A DNA stretch of 47,473 nucleotides, from contig NW_021834566.1 of assembly GCF_006345805.1 (NCBI RefSeq), forward strand, positions 1 to 47,473, in the 5' to 3' direction. This document shows, piece after piece, positions 1-12,310 of this stretch. The stretch comes from Octopus sinensis (taxonomy: Eukaryota). Both the position numbers and the translations under genes were made by a program. The notes below the pieces were generated by a model that was not told where the DNA came from, searched no databases, and saw only the letters and a list, made by a program, of their open reading frames with translations. Every line of letters begins with the position of its first letter. Position 1 is the stretch's first letter.

Positions 1-58
1 TTTACAACTTCCACTGTGTCGTAACAATATATTTTATTACATATTAAATCTGGGTGAG
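1..58 (-). CDS. Probable next exon of the CTL-like gene, running off the window (AHPDLICNKIYCYDTVEVV...)
   Basis: Acceptor ttacttattctagttccag|, phase 1 compatible with the previous exon, open to the window edge. Short, so uncertain. Confidence 0.5.
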
Positions 59-188
59 CTGGAACTAGAATAAGTAAGTAAACAGTCGGTGAAATTTAAG
101 CCATTACTCTCAATTATTCAACATTGCAGATAAACGAATGAATTCGTGTTTATTGGGCAAAAGATCTCGATGTTTACAAGAGAAAGTT

Positions 189-495
189 GTAATGTGTATA
201 TCCTTCCCTATACAGGCTACCTACACAGGAACTAGATTGTGTGTGTAATGTGTATGTCCTTCCCTACTGTTATGTCTACTCTACACTACTCCACTCCTCG
301 ACGTCTAGACGTCTCCCTCTATATCTACGTATTGGGTTAGCCTACTTCATCGTCTGGGGGCATCCACACAACACCTACACAGGCTACCTACACAGGAACT
401 AGATTGTGTATGTAATGTGTATGTCCTTCCCTACACAGGAACTAGATTGTGTATGTAATGTGTAAGTCCGTCCCTACACAGGCTACCTACACAGG
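189..495. repeat. Imperfect minisatellite (about 43-56-bp units)
   Basis: Repeated ctacacaggaactagattgtgtatgtaatgtgtatgtccttcc with an optional ctacacaggctac. Confidence 0.8.
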
Positions 496-559
496 AATGG
501 ATTTAAATGGAAACTGAAACTATTTCGCTTTTTTGGCTTTCATAAGATTATATCTTGAC

Positions 560-1350
560 CTTTACCACACCTTTACCATACCTGTACCATGGTAATGATC
601 TTTGCCATAACGCAAATAAATTACACAGAGTAACAGAACATCTTGTGCCTTGGCTCCAAATATACCAAGAAGACGTTTGCCCTCTTATCTCTATGTTTGG
701 GGAAACAACATATTCTTTTAAGTGCTAATGTATCCATTTGCTGAAATTAGAGAGCCAATATTGCGAAGCCTCGGAGGGCATCCAGTCTTGGAAACGAATT
801 CTCATAAGGTCGAAGGCCTTCATGAACAACAAAATCAACTTCAGAAAGTTGGGTTTATTATTTATATTTTCATACAATTGTGGAAGGGGGATCATATCAG
901 TCGCGAAGCCACACTGAAATTAGGGATATATCCTTTCAACAAGTTTTTGCCATATATTTAAGATCACATGAGCGAAGTATTTGCAGTAATGCTCGGCGCA
1001 AAGCAGTACCTCCGTATTCGTTGTCGCTTCTATTAATAATCAGTATTGGCAAGAGTATTTCCTTTGGACAATATAGACATTATAGACGGTGTGGAGAGGG
1101 GAGATCTACTGCATGAACAACTGCTGAGATTTCATACTAACCGTATCTAAACCTGCGCCTCGCAGAAGACACTCAAGCGTTACCTCACAATGATTGCACA
1201 ACACGGTAAACAGCAGTTTTGTAGTTATATGGCTGAAATCACTTAGAGCTAAGTACCAAGAGTTGCTTTCGACAAAAGGAGAAGCAATCGCGTATCACTG
1301 GACAGCTGCAGGCCACCTAGTTAGCTAAGATCTGTTCCACTCGAATATGC
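560..1350 (-). mobile_element. Very degenerate LINE RT fragment
   Basis: Frameshifted KAFD...F-S-KWI and a QG-x-x-x-S-x-x-L-x-x-LF-like stretch on the minus strand. Boundaries are approximate. Confidence 0.4.
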
Positions 1351-1458
1351 TTGCTTCAGTGGTAACATGGGACTTGGAGACACAAAAGCCTGAACAGCGG
1401 GTGGTATATATGGTAAGAGGCACAAGAAAATAGTAATGGGGAAAATGCATAAAGAAAT

Positions 1459-1855
1459 AAGAAACGTTAGTATGCTGGGCAAAATACTTAGCGGTATTTC
1501 GTCAGCCGTTACGTTCTGAGTTCAAATTCCGCCAAGGTCGACTTTGCCTTTCATCCTTTCGGGGTCGATTAAATAAGTACCAGTTACGCACTGGGGTCGA
1601 TATAATCGACTTATCGACTTAATCTGTTTGTCTTTCCTTGTTTGTCCTCTTTATGTTTCGCTCCTTGTAAAGAAATAGGTATTTCGTCTGCCGTTACGTT
1701 CTGTGTTCAAATTCCGCCGAGGTCGACTCTGCCTTTCATCCTTTCGAGGTCGATTAAATAAGTACCAGTTACGCACTGGGGTTGATGAAATCGACTTAAT
1801 CCCTTTGTCTTTGTTTGTCCCATCTATGTTTAGCTCCCTGTGAGCTATAAAAATA
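1459..1855 (+). mobile_element. SINE family A dimer
   Basis: Two units joined at aaagaaata|ggtatttcgtctgccg (1678). Confidence 0.85.
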
Positions 1856-2194
1856 TATGGTGAATAGGACTAATTCCGATTTTTTTCACATTCCAAAACA
1901 TTACGAGCATATGGAAAAATGTGTAGTTCTATATAGTTTCAAATATTAGCTTAAGGCCAACAATTTTAATGGGAAAGAATTAATGGACTTCATCAACCCT
2001 AGTGCTCAAACTGGTTCTTATTTTATCGAACCCGAAAGGATGAAAGGCAAAGTTGACTGCGGCTACATCAGAACTCAGAACGCAAAGAACAGGAATAAAT
2101 TCCGTTAAGTATTTTGTCCGATGCGTTCACGATTTTTCTAGCTCGCTGTTTTATGTAGTTTTATAAATAAAGAATAATATTTAAGTAGACTTAC

Positions 2195-2425
2195 CTTTGT
2201 ATAGAGACAAATTCGTTTCTATTTCACAGAGTATATAGCACTTCGCTAAAGGTTCTTCCCACTTTATCTGAAAGTCATATTCAATACATATGCGTGTCTT
2301 CCCATCTGGAATATTAGTAGTTAAATTAGTGTTCTTCAAAACCTTCGGATAATAATCGTATTCAGGGTAGGTCCAAACGGGGTAAGACCTTCGTTCATAA
2401 CCAATCCAATACTTATGATTAGCTT
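2195..2425 (-). CDS. C-type-lectin-like domain protein, exon with the C-terminal half of the CTLD
   Basis: Acceptor ccttttccag|, donor G|gtaagt, 231 nt, phase 1-1. Contains YWIG and C...W...C-x3-CE (ICIEYDFQIKWEEPLAKCYILCE). Confidence 0.8.
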
Positions 2426-3280
2426 CTGGAAAAGGATTTGTCAAAAAGTGATTTCAATTATATCGTTAATTATTAGTTTCAAGCTTTACAACAAGGCCAG
2501 CAATTTCAATGGAGGGGTAAGTTATTACATCAACCCCAGTATTTTCAACAATACTTTAGGAATAAAAGGCAAAGTTGACTTCATCAGCATTTGAACTTAG
2601 AACGTAAGGACGGAATGGACAAAATGCTTTTTGGCATTTTATCCGGCGTGCTAACGATTCTACTACGTCGTCGCCTTTATATCTTTAATTATGAACTCCT
2701 CGTGTTTCACTGAAGAGATTTTTAAAATTAAAACGCGTAAAGCCACATTTTATTCTGTTAAAAGCTTAGAATTACTTAGCCCATTTGTAGGAAGATAGTT
2801 TATATAGAAGTTAATGAAGCAATTAACTAGTGTTGTTCCAAATATATCCCCTTCACATGTAAATAAATATTCATATCTTTTATAATTAAAATTTCAAAAT
2901 TAAAGGTTTGGTATTAGCTATTTTGCAAAACATCATTGTGTATCAAAGACATTGTAAGTCAAACAGGGTTATGTATATGCAAAAGTATGTAAACGTACTA
3001 ATTTATTCAGGTTGCCTACATAGATATATGCCCACACAAAGAAAACAAACATGCGCACATATATACATATGGGTACACGCACACATACACATGCGCACAA
3101 AAATACACGCAAATATGCATTGGCACAGGTACGGCTGTGCAGTTAAAAAGTTCGTTTTGCTATCACGTTTCGGGTTCAGTTCTTGTGCGTGACACTTTCG
3201 TCAAGTGTCTCCTACTATATAACCTCGGATTAACAAATGCCTTGTGAGTGAATTTCATTGACAGGAACTGTGTGGAAAGA

Positions 3281-3680
3281 AGGCGGCGAGCTGGCAGAAA
3301 CGTTAGCACGCCGGGCGAAATGCTTAGCGGCTTTTCGTTTGCCGTTACGTTCTGAGTTCAAATTCCGCCGAGGTCGACTTTGCCTTTCATCCTTTCGGGG
3401 TCGATGAATCAAGTACCAGTTGTGTACGGGGTCGATGTAATCGACTTAATCCGTTTGTCTGCCCTTGTTCGACCTCTCTGTGTTTAGCCCCTTGTGGGTA
3501 GTAAAGAAATAGAAATAGGTATCTCGTCCGTCTTTAGGTTCTGAGTTCAAATTCCGCCGAGGTCGACTTTGCCTTTCATCCTTTCGAAGTCGATAAATTA
3601 AGTACCAGTTGTATACTGGGGTCGATCTAATCGACTGGCTCTCTCCCCCCAAATTTCGGGCCTTGTGCCTAAAGTATAAA
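3281..3680 (+). mobile_element. SINE family A dimer (long-tail unit + short-tail unit)
   Basis: Head, then the junction aaagaaatagaaataggtatctcgtc. Confidence 0.85.
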
Positions 3681-5644
3681 AGTGTAACTACTTTTACTCT
3701 GTGTTCATTCTCTACATTTCCTACCATATATTTTCCTAAATATTTTTCATCATCTTTGAGTTATTGCTAGAGGGCTCTTTTATATACACTACTGCAGAAC
3801 AGGTAAGTTATTTAATGTCAAGTGATTTAATTCTAAATCACACATTTCGTCCGTCTTTACGCTCTGAGTTCAAATTCCACCGCTGTTGAAATTGCATTTT
3901 ATCCTTTTGGGTCGATGAAATAAGTACCAGCTGAACACTGAGGTCTATGAAATAAGTACCAGATGAGCACAGGAGTCAAAGTAATCGACTTACCTCTCCC
4001 CTGAAATGTATAGCTTTGTGCCAAAATTTGGAACCATTATTGTTCTTACACACAGAAAAAGTCGCCAAATCGCGCAAGGTAATATTCCTGTCCAGCAACC
4101 TGCCAGATGAAATTGTAAGATACACACAATTTGTTCTTACAGAATTATTGTGCCATCAACAATTCTATTTTACATAACATCTGAGTTAACTGGTTATAAA
4201 TTTGAAGTATGAGCTGTTTTATAGAGTAGCTACTAATTATTTGTTTCAAATTTTAGCGCCAGGCCAGCAACTGGGTAGGGGTCATTCGTTTATAGCGACC
4301 TCAGTCCTTTACTGGTATATATTTTATCGACCCCGAAAGGACGAAAGACAAAGTTGATCTCAGCAGTATTTGAACTAAGAACGTGATGAGCCGAAAAAAT
4401 AGCCGCTAAGCATTTTGTTTAACATACTAATAATTCTGTTTGCTCGTTGCCTTAGAACAATAAGTAATTAGGAGAATGATATTAGAAGACACAAGAACTT
4501 GACTACAGAGTACCTGGACTGTTAAAAAGCCTTTGATACTTGCTATATAACTTAATTAACAAAGTATAACCGTTAGCCAAAGCTCTACAACCACTAGTAG
4601 CTGCTAGGCATCACCGAACCATGACTCGATGCACCATATCATTTCTCAAGGGTGATAGCAAATCAAATATGTCATCATACATATCAACAAGTCTTCTGCA
4701 GGACCAAATATGTGTCGGAACTGTTTTCTGTCTTTTCATTAAACCTGTGAGCATGCTTGCTCATAAAGCAATAGAAATTGCTATTCTTAATTCAGAAACA
4801 TATTTCCCCTATTCTTTATAGCAGACAGAGGAAAGAAATTTTGTGAATCGAAAATAAAAACCTATTGTTGTAAAACAAGAAAAATTTATATTTCGTTTTG
4901 GGGATTGGTTTGCAAGATTCTTTATATGAGTTCGTGTATTGAAGCATATTCTGTTGTGCCTGGGTAGAGTAATTTTCTTTTTGTGCATTCAAGATGCAAC
5001 GAAACTTTTAGGAAAATAAAAATAAGAAATAAGTGGAAATGTTACTGGTGAGTGTGTTAAATTATAAGGCACAAAAAGAAAATGGCTCTCCCCGGACACA
5101 AAAGTAAAATGTATGCGTTACAAAAAAAAGAAAAAGTAACAGTTTAACCGAAACGGTTTAAGAATATAGCCTTTGTTTCGGATGAAATCTACAAGTATCT
5201 TGAACTGAATAATAATGGTTTCAAATTTTGACTCAAGGCTATCAAGTTCGGTGGAGGGGACAAGTCGATTTCATCGACCCCAGTATTTGACTGGTACTTG
5301 ACCAGTATTTGAGAGTCGACCTCGGTGGAATTTGAACCAAGAACGTAAAGGCAGACGAAACGCTGTTGAGCATTTTTCCTCGGCCTGTAAACGATTCTGC
5401 CAGCTTGCCGCCTTATTGGGCTGAATGATAATCCTTTCTACTAAAGGCATAAGGCCTGCAATTTTGGAAGAGGAGGACTAGTCGATTACATCGACTCCGG
5501 TGTTTCACTGATATTTGATTTAGCGACCCCGGATACAGCCGGTTTGAATGCCAAAGAGTAAACTTGCAATAGAAGGATACCTCATGTTAGATAGAGAGAG
5601 GGAGATTATTTATGGCTATAGATTCTATCGTTCATTCAACTTAC

Positions 5645-5812
5645 CAATATGACCTTTTAAACGCATCAGCTTCTCTTTAGTATAAACATGGAAAAGATGT
5701 CCATTACAATTCAGACACATCTCTTCAGCCGTCGTATAATTAAATTCGCCGAACACAACATACTGCATTGTAGTCATGGTATTGTTAATCGTTACATTTA
5801 ACTTTACACACT
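5645..5812 (-). CDS. C-type-lectin-like domain protein, exon with the N-terminal half of the CTLD
   Basis: Acceptor ttttcttttgttttcag|, donor G|gtaagt, 168 nt, phase 1-1, open frame. FNYTTAEEMCLNCNGHLFHV resembles the CTLD x-x-A-x-x-x-C-x-x-x-G-x-L helix motif. Confidence 0.8.
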
Positions 5813-5868
5813 CTGAAAACAAAAGAAAATAAATAACATAACTTCAAAAATATGTTACTTAAAATTGA

Positions 5869-6614
5869 GGCTCTTTACTTTTTGACCTACAGATTTAAAA
5901 AATAATTTTTTGTAACTAAACACTCTCAAACTTCGGACACTGGTAGAATGTGTCATATAAAACATGTTTTACTCTTAACATTTTTGAGAAAAACATATTT
6001 ACGAAGTAATTTCACGTTAAAGTAGGCCTATTTCGGTATTTTCAACCAATCAATGACGTGTATTCAGCTGAATAAAATTACTGCCGTTGTTTGTCAACAA
6101 GAACTATCGGTGGTGTATTTTTCGTTTATCACTGTTATTTATGACCTCGTTCGTGCGTTTGTACAGGTTTTAGCTTCAAGGGGTTAGGGTTAGGGTTTTA
6201 GGGTCAGGGTTAGGGTTAGGGTTTTAGTGTTAGGGTTTTAGGGTTAGGGTTTTAGGGTTAGGGTTTTAGGGTTAGGGTTTTAGGGTTAGAGTTTTAGGGT
6301 TAGGGTTTTAGGGTTAAAGTTTTAGGGTTAAGGTTGTCATAAATAACAGTGACAAACAAAAAGTATACCGCCGGAAGTTCTTGTTGACAAACAACGGCAG
6401 TAATTTTATTCAGCTGAATACACGTCATTGATTGGTTGAAATTACCGAAATAGGCCTACTTTAACGTGAAATTATTTCATAAATACAAGTTTTTCTCAAA
6501 AATGATAAGAGTAAAACATGTTTTATATGACACATTCTACCACTGTCCGAAGTTTGGAAGTGTTTAGTTACAAAAGATTGTTTTTTAAATCTCTACGTCA
6601 AAAGGTAAAGATCC
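5869..6614. mobile_element. Merlin-like non-autonomous foldback element with a TTAGGG/TTTTAGGG core
   Basis: About 290-bp inverted arms, GG...GATCC termini, 8-bp flanks aaaattga/aaaactga, telomere-like core at about 6181-6335. Superfamily inferred from the GG termini plus the 8-bp TSD. Confidence 0.75.
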
Positions 6615-6837
6615 AAAACTGATTCTAGTTGAATTGAAAAATATTAATATTAAACGTCATTCTTTTAAAAAAATGTTAATCGTTTCAAAGTTCAAACAGA
6701 CTCTATGCAGATATTTATCACCATGCAGTAGCACTAAATAAGCTAAATAAATGCAAGCTTTGAGTGTCTAATTCATCAATTCTGGAAATTATAAGTTGTC
6801 TCCTCCTTTCCTTTGCGTGTCACTAACAATTGCCACT

Positions 6838-7151
6838 GGTGGAAGCACATGGCCTAGTGGTTAGAGCAGGGGACTCATGGTCGAGGGATCGCGGGTTCGA
6901 ATCTCAGACCCGGGCGATGTGTGTGTTTATGAGTCAAACACCTAAGCTCTACGCGGCTCCGGCAGAAGGTAATGGCGAACTTCAGCTGACTCTTTCGCCA
7001 CAAATTTCTCTCACTCTTTCCTCCTGCATCTTGCAGCTCACCTGCAACGGACCGGTGTCCCGTCCAGGTGGGGAACCTATACGCCAAGGAAACCGGGAAC
7101 CGGCCCTATGAGCCAGGCGTTGCTCGAGAAGGAACAAACAACAACAACAAC
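6838..7151 (+). mobile_element. tRNA-derived SINE family B with (AAC)n tail and 13-bp TSD
   Basis: Box A TGGCCTAGTGG, box B GGTTCGAAT; TSD aacaattgccact at 6825-6837 and 7152-7164. Confidence 0.85.
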
Positions 7152-8999
7152 AACAATTGCCACTAGGTTTTTTTTCTCCGGTTAAGAGGGAAACTTAAAT
7201 CGATTAAGAATGTTCGACGTACACCATTCATTGCTTTACTCCTTCACTACTGAATCATGTACACACATAAATAATTAATAATTGATAGCAACAGAAGCGG
7301 TATTAATACCCAAAAGGTAATATTTATTTCCCACTTAAAAATAGGTATTGTGTTAGAACACAGATTACTGCGTTATTTGTCATGAAAGGGCGTTTCATAT
7401 GGACATGTGATGCATAAAAGCATTCGTGTTTATAAGGCTAGCGAGCGAGAAACATCTGCTACGGGCATCCGAGCTTCCAGATCACGTAACTTCGGCCTTC
7501 CTTGGCCTTGTCAATGGCAGACGCCCGGCTAGGCATATCAGCGATACCCCCCCCCCCGTCAGCGATATATAGAACCTCAGTGTGTGTGTATACTAGTCAG
7601 GTATCCCGTCGATGCTGGACAATTTTCATAATAGGATGCCTTGGCGTATTTTCAGAATAGCACGGCTACTTAAGTTGGATTTTCTCTGTTTTAACGAGGA
7701 TTTTAAAATCTTTTTTACCACCACACCACTGTAAATGATAGGAAGGAAGCATTTTTGAAAATTTATGATTCCCCTTCTCTCCCTTCCAGACAGATTTTCT
7801 CCTTTTTTTTTTCACTACGCACTTAAAAACAATAGGAAGCACCGTTTCAGTACAAAGGAAAAATTTGAAAATTTATTATTGTTTTTCAAGCCCCCTCATC
7901 CACACAGTACCGCTTTGGCCTATTTGCTTTTTTTACCCAACGTACTTATAAAATTGCTTACACACATGCATACACACACTCTCAGTGTGAACGATATACT
8001 TTTATAGTGAGAAAGTTTACCATGAGAAAGTAAAACAAATTGAATAAATTGCCCGATTATATTCTCAAAATCCCGAATATGGTATCAGATGGCTGTTATA
8101 TAGGTTATAAAATTAAGATAAAAGTAAAATGTAAAACAGAAACAATACACGACCCAGAGTAGATAAAAATAAATTGAAATATTAACACATTTAAATATTG
8201 TAAAGCCTTAGTGTGTGCTAAATAAAATTATAAATATAATTAAATTCATTCTATATTACTGACGCGTGGAGGAAAAAAGGAAGGTAGGTAAGTATTTTTG
8301 ATGGATCACTTCACATCTTATTGACCACTGCTGAAAGAAGACGTACCCAGTTTCCTTTCTCAGTCAAATGCGCAGAAGTTACTTAAAAATTAGTCCTGAA
8401 TTAGGCTAGCACCGTAGTGGAAAAAATTAAGTTACATAACTGTACGTTATACGGCCCATCATGACTTAAACAGTATCTATTTATGCACAGTACAACGTAA
8501 ATCTAAATAACTGGCAGAAATGTAAATAATATATATGTAAATTAGGCTCTGCACCACAGTCTCAACCAAATTCATGCTTGCTTTATAAACAACTCATTGG
8601 AAAATGAAACTTGATATGTCTTCTTTGAGAAGTGTTGAACAAAGCTAGAGATTTACCCATCCTTTCTGTCATTTTTCTTTTGACATGAATAGTAAAAAAA
8701 TGTAATTATTTTTTAATCCTTATTTAACTTACTGCGAGGTTTTATATTTAAAACTTGTTTCAATTCTTCTGATTTATGCTGTATTGTGCATAAATAGATA
8801 TTATTTAATTCGAAACGCTATCGAATATTTTATTCAGCTATCAAATTTATTTTATATATGGTCTTCTCTACATACGTATGTCTGTATATAAAGTATGTGA
8901 ATAAATACTAGGGTAGGTCAAAAATTATACACACTCATGTTTCTGTAATTTAGTAAAACAAGAGAAGTGGGTTGAATAATTACAATAGTTTCGACATAG

Positions 9000-9422
9000 A
9001 AGGCTGCGAGCTGGCAGAAACGTTAGCACGCCGGGCGAAATGCGTAGCCGTATTTCGTTTGCCATTACGTTCTGAGTTTAAATTCCGCCGAGGTCGACTT
9101 TGCCTTTCATCCTTTCAGGGTCGATTAAATAAGTACCAGTTATGCACTGGGGTCGATATAATCGACTTAATCCGTTTGTCTGTCCTTGTTTGTCCTCTCT
9201 GTGTTTAGCCCCTTGTGGGTAGTAAAGAAATAGAAATAGGTATCTCGTCTGTCTTTAGGTTCTGAGTTCAAATTCCGCCGAGGTCGACTTTGCCTTTCAT
9301 GCTTTCGGGGTCGATTAAATAAGTACCAGTTAATCACTGGGGACGATGTAATCGACTTAATCCACTTAACTGTCTTGTTTGTCCCCTCTATGTTTAGTCC
9401 CCTGTGGGTAATAAAGAAATAA
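9000..9422 (+). mobile_element. SINE family A dimer with 16-bp TSD
   Basis: Head + two body/tail units; TSD aatagtttcgacatag / attattttcgacatag at 8984-8999 and 9423-9438. Confidence 0.88.
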
Positions 9423-9544
9423 ATTATTTTCGACATAGTCTCCTTGTTTTCTGATGCACTTCTTTTAACGCTGCTAGGGATTGTAGCATGCCTCTTTTCA
9501 GGTAGATTATTCCACACTTCTTGAGTCCAAATTTCCAGTGCTTT

Positions 9545-10452
9545 CAAACGCTCACAGCTCTCCGCCAGGCGAGTAATGCGGTCAGTGGTAGTTCCACTCT
9601 AGCGTTCTACAGAGGGTTAGTGAAGGGAAGGTGCGACGACGTTCTTCGGAGAAACTCTAGGCGTCGACAAGGATGAACTTACTGGTCTGTTTCGGAGGAC
9701 TTTCAGGCCAAGGATAACTTCCAGAAATCACTGGCCTGGCAGTGCTACCTAGGACTGCCCGTCCTGATAAACTTTACAGGCACGGAACTTTCGTCAACCG
9801 AGCCTGCTCTGGGTGTGCTCAGAGCGACGAAACCGTTCTGCACGCTCCCGTCCAGTGTCCAAGCATTACTGACCTGTGGGTTTATGTCGAACACCTGCTG
9901 TCGCGTGCAGGACGGATCCGGCTATCAGCTGAATCCATAGTGAAGATTGCCCCGCCACCCTCCTTTTGGCGGGAAGGGCAGGTGATTTTAATTTCTCTGG
10001 TGGCTGTAGCAAAGGAGGTAGTATGGTGGACTTGATTGAAAGGGCTAAAGTCAGACACTTTCCTCTTCGACCAAGCCCTCAACTTTTTCAAGTTTCACTT
10101 GAAAGGGGAAGTGAGGGTGAAGAGGGAAGTAATGCCTTCTAGCAAATCTATTGAAAGGTGGGTAAATGCTGGGAAAATGGTCAGTGTGAAAGGACCAATT
10201 CTGAGTATACACTTGTCGACAGGAAAATAAAAGAACTTTTGCACTGTCGGTCAGGCACCCGTGGCTTCTGTGTTTTTTCACGAGTAACCTTAAATCGTCT
10301 CTCTCTATTTGGAATTTTACTTGTTTAATTTTTTTTCCTGTTTTTTTTTTTACTGTGCACACCAACGTCAAAACCCATTGTATCATCGGTTTTTTCCTTT
10401 AATGTTATTGTATGTTTATTTATATTATCCCTTGTGGCCAATAAAAGAATGA
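9545..10452 (+). mobile_element. Tx1/L1-clade LINE 3' fragment (ORF2 C-terminal zinc finger + 3' UTR), degenerate
   Basis: CSGCAQSDETVLHAPVQC (C-x2-C...H...C) and FFKFHLKGEVRV...RWVN, followed by a T-rich UTR ending cccttgtggccaataaaagaa. Confidence 0.8.
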
Positions 10453-10456
10453 ATTA

Positions 10457-11140
10457 TTACCATTATTAAGGCAATGAGCTGGCAGAATGGTTAGCACACA
10501 TGACGAAATGCTAAATATTTCGCCTGTCGCTACGTTCTGAGTTCAAATTCCTCCGAGGTCGACTTTGCCTTTCATCCTTTCGAGGTCGATATAAGTACCA
10601 GTTGAACACTGGGGTCGATGTAATCCGTTTCTTTATTACCCACAAGGGGCTACACACAGAGGAGACAAACAAGGACAGACAATCGGATTAAGTCGATTAC
10701 ATCGACCCCCAGTGCGTAACTGGTACTTAATTTATCGACCCCGAAAGGATGAAAGGCAAAGTCGACCTCGGCGGAATTTGAACTCAGAACGTAACGGCAG
10801 ACGAAATACAGCTACGCATTTCGCCCGGCGTGCTAACGTTTCTGTCAGCTCGCCACCTTGTAATTGATTCATCCCCACCTCTCCCAAGCTGCCCTCGTAG
10901 CAAAAATTTGAAATAACTTATTATTAAGGTGGCGAGTTGACAGAATCGTTAGCACGCAAAGCAAAATACTCAGCAACACTTCATCCGTCTTTAAGTTCTG
11001 AGTTCAAATTCCGCCGAGGTCAACTTTGCCTCTGAACCTTTCGGGGTAGATAAAATAAGTATTAGTTGAGCACTCTAGTTGTTGTAATCGACTTACCTTC
11101 TCCCTACGAATTTTCAGACCTTGTGCCTATAGCAGAAAGG
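10457..11140. mobile_element. Cluster of SINE family A copies (minus-strand copy 10627-10858 nested in a plus-strand copy)
   Basis: Repeated ttctgagttcaaattccgccgaggtcgactttgcctttcatcc core on both strands. Confidence 0.8.
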
Positions 11141-11449
11141 ATGATGCTCTTGAAGGAAAAAGGTGGTAAACTGGTAGAATTGTTAGTACACCTGGCGAAG
11201 TGCTTAACGGTCATGCTAGAGCATGCTGAGCCCTCAAGAATTTTTAGTCGAAAGAATCGACCCTAGGATTTATTCTTTGCAAGTCTAGTACTTATTCTAT
11301 CAGTCTCTTTTGCCTAACCGCTTAGTTACGGAGGCGTAAACACACCAACATCGGTTGTCAAGCGATGGTGGGGGACAAGCATAGACACACAAATGCATAC
11401 ATACATATATACATACATACATACATACATACATGCATGCATGCATGCA

Positions 11450-11520
<71 letters not shown>

Positions 11521-12310
11521 ATATATATACGACAGGCTTCTTTCAATTTCCATCTACCAAATCCACTCATAAGGCTTTGGTCAGTTCGAAACTATAGTAG
11601 AATACACTTGGCCAAAGTGCCACGCAGTGGGATTGAAACTGGAACCATGTGATTGTGAAGCAAGCTTCTTACCACACAGCCATTCCTGTGCTCCTTATAA
11701 AATTTGGAAACAAATCCGAAGGCTGTAAATTACGGAGAAGAGTCCTTTTAAATAATAACTGTAATTATATATTTTTATATAAATAATATATATATATACG
11801 ACGGGCTTCTTTCAGTTTCTGTCTACCAAATCCACCCACAAGGTTTTGGTCAGCCCGCAGCTACTGTAGAAGACACTCGGACAAGGTACCATGCAGTGGA
11901 ACTGAACCCGGCAACATGTGGTTGGGAACCAAACTGCTTACCACACAGCCATGTGCTCACGCGTGTCTGTGTACGTGTGTTTGACAGTTCATCATGAATT
12001 ATAAAGATGCATTGTCCGTGTTAACTTTTTCTCTTCCTACGTTTGTATCTACAACTTCTATGCGAGTATAATGATATATCATTAGACATAGTTCTTCATT
12101 CTAATGAGTAGCATCATATGCTAGAAATAGACGCCAGACGGCTTTAAAAACTACATTATTTACCCCATTAACAAGGGTTGAAAGCGAGGGAAGTAAACAA
12201 AGAGGATTTTTTTTGTTGATAGGTTTTAACCATAAATCGATCACTAGTTTAGAGATGCAAATCATCATTTCCGTCATCAGTATGTTATTATACATTGTAC
12301 ATAATTATAA

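Noticed and set aside
1459-1855. Regularly repeated SINE units as a CRISPR-like array or tRNA genes
   Set aside because: There are no unique spacers, the context is eukaryotic, and the heads have box A/B-like motifs but run into SINE bodies without a complete cloverleaf.
3230-3727. Recurring short ORFs of the type RPRKDERQSRPRRNLNSE
   Set aside because: They are the antisense reading of the SINE-A core, repeated at every copy.
6181-6335. TTAGGG array as a true telomere or chromosome-fusion scar
   Set aside because: It is enclosed by long inverted arms with a TSD, and a second copy of the same element exists at 37997-38565.
8021-8092. 72-nt exon-like segment (minus strand)
   Set aside because: One stop in every frame and no similarity to the CTL exons.
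8876-8942. Exon-like segment with a good acceptor and GTATGT donor (minus strand)
   Set aside because: There are stops in all three frames, which is expected by chance in AT-rich intron.
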